Assembly: GCA_964016885.1 (NCBI GenBank)
Contig: OZ024743.1
Coordinates: 285,386,001-285,450,000 of the forward strand
Length of the DNA: 64,000 bases
Direction: 5' to 3'
Origin: Eledone cirrhosa
Taxonomy: Eukaryota
Part shown: positions 54,896 through 64,000 of the stretch, in pieces
Position numbering within the stretch: the stretch's first letter is position 1
How the letters are laid out: every line of letters starts with the position of its first letter
The notes under the pieces: generated by a model
The model's input: the letters and a program-made list of their open reading frames with translations, nothing else
What the model was told of the DNA's origin: nothing
Database searches by the model: none
Position numbers and translations under genes: made by a program

Positions 54896-55511
54896 AAGCC
54901 AGAAACAATTCTGTATGAGCAATACGCAGTTATCTGATCTGACTTGTCTCACAATGGGACAAATTGTCTAACCTATGCTACTGTCAAAAGATGGACGTTA
55001 AACCCTGTTGCTGCTGCTGCTGATGATATACATATATGTGTGTATACATGGGTGTGTAGTTAAAAACATTTAAAAAAGTAAATATAAGATATTTAGTTTC
55101 ATGTTTTACTATTTCTTCCATTCTTCTGCTTTTATAATGGTAAAAGTGGGAGCATAGTAGAACTGACAAGTGTTTCATATACTACCAAATACTCATTCTC
55201 TCTTATTTACATATACACCAGGTCTGAACACAAAAGAACCAAACTCCCACAATCACTGACTCCATCTCTTCCGCTCTCCCCTTCTCTTACTATTGTGAGC
55301 AAATGGAAAAAGTTATTACAAACAATTGAAATGATCAGGATGGTAGTGGTGGTGGTGGTGGTGATGATGATGGTGTTAGAGATGGTGATGGTGATGGTGG
55401 TGATGATGGGTGATGGTGGTGGTGGTGATGGTGTTGGTGATGGCAAGGATTTACATTGATGATGACAATAATGATGATAACCATGAAACTGAATTATAAC
55501 TGTTCACTTAC

Positions 55512-55529
55512 TTTGCTGGCTTCTGTCAT
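55512..55529 (-). CDS. ALDH3: ALDH3-like exon 1, coding part (MTEASK); probable start exon, 5'UTR may extend to an acceptor at 55613
   Basis: ATG ACA GAA GCC AGC AAA followed by a GTAAGT donor. Phase 0 joins exon 2 to give MTEASKIVKELRQSF, comparable to the ALDH3 N-terminus (MSKISEAVKRARAAF). The 18-kb intron makes the assignment less certain. Confidence 0.6.
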
Positions 55530-56051
55530 GTCTAAGAGAAACTATTTTCTAAATGTGGATGGTGATACTATCTGCTTTGTTTGTCACGTCTGAATCTAAC
55601 TTCTGCTGACAGTCTAGGTATATAAGGTAGGCATGTATCTCTATAAGTATTAGTATTTATTACTATTTTTATCTTTATCTATATACACGTGTCTATGTCT
55701 ATATGTGCATGTATGTACATTAATATATGTCTGTACATATGTGTAGTCATATATATGTACCTATAAATATATGTGTGCCTGCCTATGCTTTTGTCTGTAT
55801 AATCTATGTAGTAATATTTATATGTGTGAGTAGCAAAAAAATAAAAAATAAAAATAACAATGTTATCAATTGATTGATTAGCAGCATCCTCACCAACACC
55901 AATAAAAATGACAACAACAACAACATCAGACATAATCTGACCTATATTTTAGATTAAAATGAATGATTAAGGATTATCTTGAAATTAAAATCACATATGC
56001 GACATTATTTATGGTTGTCTTTATATTTTTGTGCATGTGTTTATATATATA

Positions 56052-56803
56052 TCATCATCATCATCATCACCGTTTTACGTCCGTTCTTCCACGCTAGCAT
56101 GGGTTAGACGGGTTGTCCTGTTGTGTGCAGTGTCTGGTCGGCTGACCATGCCTTGCTCATACAGGAACTGATCTGGCTTGATTTCTACAGCTGGATGCCC
56201 TTCCTAACACCAACCTCATTTACAGTGAGTGCTGGGTGCTTTTTCGTGGCGCCTACACGTCCACTTTACAGTGTGGGCTGGGTGCTTTTTTGCCGTGGCA
56301 CCTCCACGACCACCTTGCGGTGGGGGGTGTGGGGGCATATTGTTTATATGCTTCAGCATGTACCCATGGGAGGTCGGGTACCCTGTATTACTGCGTGACG
56401 CCAGAAGTCACGGTCGTGTGTCATTGTCTTTGAGAGGTGTAATTGGGTAAGGTCGGCTTTTATCACCTCATCCCAGGTCATCTTGGGTCTCCCCACTCCG
56501 CGGTTTCCATCAACTTCTAGTGCTCTGCACCTTTTTATGCAGCTGTCATCCTTCATATGCATCACATGTCCATACCAGCGCAACCGCCTCTCCTGCACAC
56601 AGCATTTGATTCCTCTTATGCTCAGTCTCTCTCTCAATTCATTTATGCTTTGTCGTTCACGTATATTACTGTTACACATCCATCGGAGCATGCAGGCTTC
56701 GTTTCTCTCTAATCTACGTAAGTCTTCCACCTTCAGCGCCCAGGTCTCACTACCATGCAACATCGCTGTTCGGATACACGCATCATACAGTCTGCCTTTC
56801 ATT
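56052..56803 (-). mobile_element. RTE LINE 3' end
   Basis: MKGRLYDACIRTAMLHGSETW...RRLRWYGHV...WRHAV plus 3'UTR and (GAT)n tail. Confidence 0.9.
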
Positions 56804-56890
56804 CTGTATATATATACATACATACAACAGCATACATATACTTGCATATAGGCATATATACATACAACTGCATACATATATTCACATATA

Positions 56891-56944
<54 letters not shown>

Positions 56945-57091
56945 TATATATATAGGAACTGAGGAACTGGAATCATATGATTCCAGTTCCCCAGTGAATT
57001 AACAACCCAACCAGGAACTGGGCATATCAGAGTATTGACAAAGTTATACACCTCAACAACATGTGTACTCGTCTCTACCACACTAATTCGG

Positions 57092-57146
57092 ACTGCCTGA
57101 AGAGGTCACAGCCAAAGATGGCTGTCACCGAAATATATATAGCAGT
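57092..57146 (+). ncRNA. Minimal type-I hammerhead ribozyme motif followed by AATAAA
   Basis: actgc CTGAAGA ggtcacagcc-aaagat-ggctgtcacc GAAA tatata TA gcagt aataaa. Confidence 0.85.
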
Positions 57147-57210
57147 AATAAACAAAGCCAAATTTTAAACATTTGACTTATTTATTTCATTTTATTTTAT
57201 ATATATATAT

Positions 57211-57347
57211 ATATTTATTAAAATAACAGAATAAAGTTTAAGCAAAGAATCGCTGCTTTCACCCTTAACGGGATCTTCAGAAGATCCTGTTAAGGGTGAA
57301 AGCAGCGATTCTTTGCTTAAACTTTAATCTGTTATTTTAATAAATAT
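57211..57347. repeat. Near-perfect palindrome centred inside the hammerhead CUGAAGA box
   Basis: Centre TCTTC-A-GAAGA; minus arm reads CTGAAGA t-ccc-gttaa-ggg-t GAAA gcagcga TTC. Confidence 0.8.
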
Positions 57348-57464
57348 TTGCTCTACAGTTCTTATATATTTGATATATATTTATCCTTATCGAGCCCTCT
57401 TTGGATTTTAGTTTTCAAATTTATTATTATTACTATATATATATACATATATATATTTATATAC

Positions 57465-57523
<59 letters not shown>

Positions 57524-57635
57524 TATATATATATATATATATATGTAAATTTGAGTATATGTTGGTTAGTTACCAACATTTCAGTATGCAGGTTAGAGCA
57601 CTAGGTGGGTCTATTTACTCCGGAGTAATTTAAAT

Positions 57636-58066
57636 ACAAGTAGTGTAAGTCAACAGGTTAAAATTAACTTCATTTATTCATATTCGCTGTTATATATATT
57701 TCGTTGATAACCATTATTCAACAGCTATGACCTCATCGGACAGCTAGGACTTGAATAGAAAAAACAGGAAAACATAATAATGGAACAAAGTTTACCTCTT
57801 TTATTTCAATCTTTTGATATGCCCAGTCCCGAAGTATGGTGCCAGTTTTTGAGAAACCAACTCCATACTTTGGAACTGGGCATAACAAAAGATCGAAATA
57901 ACAGACACAAACTTTGTTCCATTATTATGCTTTTCTGTTTTTTCTGTTCAAGTTCTAGCTGTCTGATGAGGTCATAGTTGTTGAATAATGGTTATCACCG
58001 AAATATATATAATGGCGAATATGAATATACAAAGTTAATTTGAACCCGTTGATTTACACTTCTTGT
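57636..58066. repeat. Inverted repeat (~200-bp arms) with a hammerhead in each arm (+ 57958-58016; - 57686-57744)
   Basis: gctgt CTGATGA ggtcatagttgttgaataatggttatcacc GAAA tatata TA atggc; the mirror arm has CCGATGA. Confidence 0.85.
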
Positions 58067-58159
58067 TATATATATATATGAATCATCATCCTCATCGTTT
58101 AACGTCCACTCTCCATGCTAACATGGGTTTGACGGTATATATATATATATATATATATA

Positions 58160-60803
58160 CCGTCTCTAAGCACCAACAGAGGCGAACAAGACGGTACCAA
58201 CACCGAACCTAGCGGCGCCCCGACCAACAACACACCTGACGCAAAACACCTCGTTACAGACTTGACAGGATCCCTCTCCCGAGAGGAATTAGACCTCCTC
58301 AGCCTGGGTCCCAAGTTCATATTGAAACAGCGACTGGACGAAAAATTATGGCTCGACATAGAAACGAATTTCTGTCGGGCCGCCTACTAACTAAAATGGA
58401 TATCGACTCTCGGCAACAACACCACGGAATCTAACAAACCCAGATTCCCGATATACCAACTGGATCGCCCACTCTGTCCACCGCCTGCCAACCGCGAGCT
58501 TGAAGTAAAACTCTCGAGGCTAAAACATTCCGTATTTAACATCTTACGGAAACAGAAGAAGATAGCCCCAAACCTCTCCAGGACACGCCCTGAAGAACTT
58601 GCGGAATAGGGAACTTATATACTTACCATCCGACAAAGGTAAAGAGTTTTGTGTCATCTCTCAAGCCACATACAACAACCTAGCCTTTGAACACCTAAGC
58701 GACAACGAACTATATACAGAGATCGCGGACATGACTGCAGCCCAGATAAAAAAACAGGCCAACTCCATCTAGTTCGACATCTGTAGGAGAAGACAACTCC
58801 CAAATAAAGTTAAGCTCAACTACACCACTAGAAATAGCAGACTGCTCACTTTCTACCATTCATCAAGACCCACAAGAATAGTACTAAGACACAAATAAGA
58901 CCCATCGTATCTAGCATAGAAGGACCCCTATACAAAATCTCCTGGCTCCTCTCCCAGGTCCTCAAGCCTCTACTCCCCACCTTTCCCAGGCATGTCAGTA
59001 GCTCCGACGAGGTCATACGTAGACTACACCAACTCCAGCCAGAACAACTTAAACTATATAGATACACCTTTAGCCTCGACATTGTCTCCCTCTACACTAC
59101 AGTCCCCGCTCATCCAGCTGTCGATTTATTGATGGACTGCGTGGTCGCAGATGACATCCAGTGCTACAGCCTCCATCCGACGGGCATACACCAGCTTTTG
59201 TCCTTCAAAGCGGACAACACGTACTTCACCCTCCACCACCACACATACAGACAGACAACAGGATTACCCATGGGATCCAGACTATCGGGCCTGCTGGCCA
59301 TCACCTATATGAACCAGCTAGAATGCCGAGCCCTCAACACCTGCCATTCCCATACCTTCTTCACCTGATACGTAGATGACATACTCATCCTTACATCATC
59401 CCGTGAAGAGGCAGAGAAAATATACACCACATTCTCCAGCATGGACGCCAGTATAAAGTTCAGCATGGAGCACCCCGATGACCGCGGATCCCTATCCCTA
59501 CTGGACTTCCAACTCAGGGTAACAGAGGAAGGCAACATCCACACCTGCTTATATAAAAAAGCCGCCAGCACGGACCTGTTTGTACATTTCAGATTGGCCC
59601 TTCCAGCCGGTGCTAAGTTCGGATACATAAGGGACGAACGAACACGTATCCGGAACAAATGCACCGACACAAGAGACCGAGACACACACACCACACATTT
59701 CCTGGAAGTACTCAAACTGAACGGATACCCGACGTCCACCACGAACCGTGCCAGAAAGAACAGAGGACACCACACCCAAGGCACTAACACCTGCTTCCTG
59801 AAGCTCCCACACTTCAGTGACGAAACAACAACAGCCATCCGCAGAGCTATCAGACGAGAGGGACTAGATTTCCAACTAGCCCACTCAGAACCTTCTCTAC
59901 GCGGACAGCTAACCAAAAGACACTCCACCAGACATGACAGCTACTGCAGGCTAGCCAACTGCCCCATCAACGACACAGACCTATGCCACCAGGCTTACGT
60001 CATATACAGATTAGAGTGCGACAAATGCAGCAATTTCTACGTAGGTAGCACCACCAGACCAGTTCACATAAGAATAAAAGAACACCTCAATACTAACGCT
60101 TCCTCATTTAAGAAACACCTAGTGAAATGCAAAAACACCGACAAAAACATAACAGTTAGGATAGAAACTAAGGAAAGAAACCTCGGCAATCTTAGAATTA
60201 AGGAAGCACTAATTATAGACAAAACACAACCACCAATCAATAATAGACTAGAACTCAACACCCAATTTATAACATGATAGAGCACCTAGCCCCACACTTA
60301 CACCCCCCTCTCACAACACGCACACGCACACACACACGCTTACACCTCCACTTATTCTCTCTCACACACACACACACACACATACACCAGTTTTAACATG
60401 ATAGAGCATCTAGCTCCCACATTTACGTATAGACATATCTTCTCACACTCTCACACACACACACAGGCACACTTACGCCTTCACGTATTCTCCCACACAT
60501 TTAAACATACACGTACAAAACCCCTTTTAAAGGGAGACTACTATTTATCCACCTAACCTTCACTCTTTGACATTAGAGATAGAATGGAATCTCTATACCA
60601 TTTCCTGTCAGCATGACTTGGCAAGCTAATTAGAACACAGGATAAACCACTTTACTTCCCTCCGAAGAAGAGATATTATCTCGAAAATTAAGGATATTTA
60701 AATAAATTTAAGGTAAAAGACTAATTGTCAACAATATCTTTTGCATTTGCATTTATATCCTATATCCATACCTGCATTGTCTTGGCCTTACAACTACAAA
60801 CGT
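58160..60803 (+). mobile_element. Penelope-like retroelement (RT plus C-terminal GIY-YIG endonuclease), decayed, flanked by (TA)n
   Basis: RPIVS, FSLDIVSLYT, GLPMGSRLS, YVDDIL, IKFSMEH..LLDF, then VIYRLECDKCSNFYVGSTTR..RIKEH..KEALII..IN; several stops/frameshifts; hammerhead-like motif in the 3' end. Confidence 0.92.
60657..60694 (+). ncRNA. Hammerhead-like motif in the Penelope 3' pLTR region (U4>C variant)
   Basis: cct CCGAAGA a-gagat-att-atctc GAAA at TA agg ... AATAAA. Confidence 0.6.
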
Positions 60804-60916
60804 TTATATATATATACATATAACCAAAGATTAATATGGTTCATTGATTACTCAATGAATACAGTTTTACAATAGATTAAAAGCACTCAACAGTAGGTTT
60901 TCCTGGAGTTTTTAAT

Positions 60917-61208
60917 ATTATTCAAAATAATAACAAATGAAGATATTCACATAATCAAAATATATGCTTTATTATATATATTTCGAAGGTACTGTGTTGT
61001 TTGTTCAGTACGTCCTCGTCAGATAAAATATATGATTTGATATATGACATACCTCTACGGTCTTGATAGTTCAATTTCTGTATTGACATTCCTGTATTTT
61101 ATCTGACGAGGACGTACTGAAAAAACAACACAGTACCTTCGAAATATATATAATAAAGCATATATTTTGATTATGTGAATATCTTCATTTGTTAATATTT
61201 TGAATAAT
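60917..61208. repeat. Inverted repeat (~114-bp arms) with an intact hammerhead in each arm (+ 61098-61157)
   Basis: tttat CTGACGA ggacgtactg-aaaaaacaaca-cagtaccttc GAAA tatata TA ataaa; mirror copy at 60968-61027. Confidence 0.87.
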
Positions 61209-61242
61209 TTATATACATATATATATATATGAGTACATGAAG

Positions 61243-61852
61243 TTGTATATCTGGCGACATATAGTATGTTTATAAATAAACATTTTGAAAGCCTTCCGCT
61301 ATGAATTTGAAAACTTGCAGCATATCACCATCTAGTGTGTTCCAACAGGAGCTAAGTACAGGCAACCAGTGATGATGACGTCATCATTTCTGACTTTTCT
61401 TTTCTCGTTACCAAACTGGTACTGTCGACCGCTTACTGCTGGAACATATTATAAACCAAAAGATATAGTTTAGAAGCCTATTTACATTGGCTGATCAGCC
61501 AAATTTACATATAGAGTTACGGTTGGCTCAGCTGGAGATAAAATAAGGGCCAAAAGTCAGGTTTCTAAACTATATGTTTTGGCTTATAATATGTTCCAAC
61601 AGTAAGCTGTCGGCAGTACCAGTTTGATAACGACCAAACTCAGAAATGATGACATCATCATCACTGGTTGCCCATACTTAGCTGCTGTTGGCACACACTA
61701 GATGATCCTATGCTGTCAATTTTCAAATTCATAGCGGAAGGCTTTCAAAATGTTTATTTATAAACATAACGTATATCGCCAGATATACAAAGCTATATTA
61801 GAGTTAATGCCCTTATTTTATCTCCGGCTGAGCCAGCTGTAACTCTATATGT
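61243..61852. repeat. Compound diverged inverted repeat (61243-61477 vs 61562-61790; 61507-61551 vs 61809-61852), no hammerhead seen
   Basis: Direct reverse-complement comparison; bounded by (TA)n. Confidence 0.8.
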
Positions 61853-62229
61853 TAACTCTAAGAGTTAATGCCCTTATATATATATATATATATATATATG
61901 CCTATATATGCGCATGGCTTAGTGGTTAGAGTGGTGGGCTTACAATTGTGAGGTTGTGAGTTTGATTCTCAGACCAGGCTTCTTGAGCAAGATACTTTAT
62001 TTTACATTGCTCCAGTTTACTCAGCTGTAGAAATGAGCCACTGGTGCCAAACTGTATCAGCCTTTACCTTTCCCTTGGACAACATGGGTGGCGTGGAGAC
62101 AGGCAACTAGTATGTATAGGTGACTGCTGGTCTTCCACAAACAACCTTACCTGGACTTGTGCCTTGGAGGGGAACTTTCAAGGTGTAAATCCCATGGTCA
62201 TTCATTCGTGAACGAAGGAAGTCATTACC

Positions 62230-62273
<44 letters not shown>

Positions 62274-62281
<8 letters not shown>

Positions 62282-62506
62282 AATTTCTTTAAGTCGTTTG
62301 GAAGCCTCGACAATGCAGATGGGTAAATCTCCGGGTAACAAGATCCGGTGGTGGAGAGAGAGATGTAAGTGGGTGTACGTTAAGATGCGTTGAGATGCGT
62401 GGTACACCCACTTACATCTCTCTCTCCACCACCGGATCTTGTTACCCGGAGATTTACCCATCTGCATTGTCGAGGCTTCCAAACGCCTTAAAGAAATTTA
62501 CCTTAT
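62274..62506. repeat. Near-perfect inverted repeat (~105-bp arms), no hammerhead core seen
   Basis: Arms 62274-62378 and 62402-62506; starts at a (TA)n tract. Confidence 0.88.
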
Positions 62507-62555
62507 TATTCCACAATGCTTCAAGCAAACTTCAATACTCTCATATATATATATA

Positions 62556-62843
62556 ATATGGAAAACGAATAATCAGTGATGCATCGGAACACAATTTATT
62601 GTCGTATTACAATTGTTTCTCCAGCGAACAGCTCGAGGTGCAATCTATTTGTGGATCGAACCTGACTCTAGATTCGCAAGTTCCTCAGATTCGGAAGTCA
62701 CTAGACATATCTGAGGAAGTTGTGAATCTAGAGTCAGGTTCGATCCACAAATAGATCGCACCTCGAGCTGTTCGCCGGAGAAACAATTGTAATACGACAA
62801 TAAAGTGTGTTCTGATGCATCACTGATTCTTCGTTTTCCATAT
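62556..62843. repeat. Inverted repeat (~135-bp arms) with a long-stem-II hammerhead in each arm (+ 62707-62795)
   Basis: CTGAGGA [extended stem II] GAAA caattg TA atac gac AATAAA; mirror arm at 62604-62690. Confidence 0.8.
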
Positions 62844-63329
62844 CATTATACTCTGCTCCGAAGGTGCATAGAGTGCTCAACTGGCATACTGCCTATGGAC
62901 ACATCCAAGCTACCATACTTCAAATATATATATCATCATCATCATCATCGTTTAATGTCTATTTTCCATGCTAGCATGGGTTTAGACGGGAATTGTCCCA
63001 CTTGAGGCAAGATTGGTCGGGTGACCGTGTCTCACTCGTATAGGACTGTCTGGCAGGTTTTCTATGGCTGGATGCCCTTCCTAACACCAACCACATTTAC
63101 AGTATGGACTGGGAGGTTTTTACCGTGTTACCTACACGGCCACATTACAGCGTGGACTGTGTTTTTTTTTTGTTGTGACACCTACATGACCTCATTTATT
63201 TTGGACTGGATGTTGTGGTACCAACATAACTTTACAGAGAAAGAGTGATGTTGGTGGGAGTGGGAGGGTGGAGTAGGGGTAGTGGGATGGGGTGTATATA
63301 TATATATATCAGTGTGTTAGTGGGAATCG

Positions 63330-63960
63330 AGGTGTTGTTGGGGAAAAGTGTGTGTGAGAAATGATACTTAGCACCACTGATGCTCAAAAGAAAGAGGCCT
63401 GGAAATGTTACTATGAGAGGCTGATGAATATAGAAAATGAACGAGAGGAGGAGAAACTCTTCCCAACTTACCCAACAGAAAGACCAGCTATTGAAATTGA
63501 CAGTTATAGGGTCAATTATAGAAGCAATCAAGAAAATGAAGAAAGGAAAAGGTGTTGGCCTGTCAGAGATAGTTACTGAGATGCTAAAAGCATTGGGAGA
63601 AGTAGGAACCAAACTAGTAACCTGCATAGTCAATCAGGTAATACAAGATGGAGTCATACCCATTGACTGGCACAGCAGTACAACAGTAAATTGCTACAGA
63701 GGAAAAGGAGCAACTATAGAAGAATAAAACTAATGAACCAAGTTATGAAAGTGGCGGAAAAAGTTATAGCATAGCTAATTAGGGAAAGAGTCAAATTATA
63801 TGAGATACAGTTGAGTTTCATGCCTGGAAAAAGTACTGCAGATGCCCTCTTCTTAGTGAGGCAACTACAAGAGAAGCTACTAGCCAAGAATAAGCCACTA
63901 TATTTAGCTTTTGTTGATCTAGAAAAGGCCTTTAACAGAGTACCTCATTCTGTTATTTCA
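63330..63960 (+). mobile_element. Decayed RTE LINE RT fragment
   Basis: MKKGK..EMLKA..IP.DW..VNCYRGKG..FVDLEKAF. Confidence 0.8.
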
Positions 63961-64000
63961 CACACACACATGTTTGCCAGCAACAAACGGCTTCTTTCTT

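Noticed and set aside
59366-59368. In-frame TGA before YVDD as selenocysteine (as in Naiad PLEs)
   Set aside because: The position is normally Arg (CGA>TGA CpG decay). The ORF also has TAA/TAG stops and frameshifts, and the GIY-YIG is C-terminal.

Overview
AT-rich, repeat-dense animal genomic DNA; the repeat repertoire (RTE LINEs with (GAT)n tails, tRNA-derived SINEs, TTAA MITEs) suggests an octopod cephalopod, which is an inference. One host gene spans most of the window on the minus strand: a class-3 (fatty) aldehyde dehydrogenase, ALDH3-like. I read 12 coding exons manually from 55529 down to 3591. All have GT-AG boundaries and consistent phases (1319 nt, no stops); the terminal RYPP/C-terminal exon was not found and probably lies left of the window. 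Introns and the upstream region hold RTE LINEs carrying a PHD-type finger, CR1 and CRE LINE fragments, a DD37D (maT) Tc1/mariner transposon, nested hAT elements, piggyBac-like and mariner MITEs, a probable non-autonomous Helitron with a 27-bp minisatellite, a ~127-bp minisatellite and a decayed Penelope-like element (RT plus GIY-YIG). The most striking unannotated structure is about ten mostly sequence-unrelated hammerhead-ribozyme motifs (CUGANGA...GAAA-palindrome-UH, often followed by AATAAA) strung between (TA)n tracts at ~14.3-16 kb and ~52.8-62.9 kb. Many are head-to-head fold-back pairs whose inversion centre lies in or beside the ribozyme core, and several have a non-canonical U.U at positions 10.1/11.1. 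A hAT element also carries two convergent, TATA-preceded tRNA-like Pol III units.
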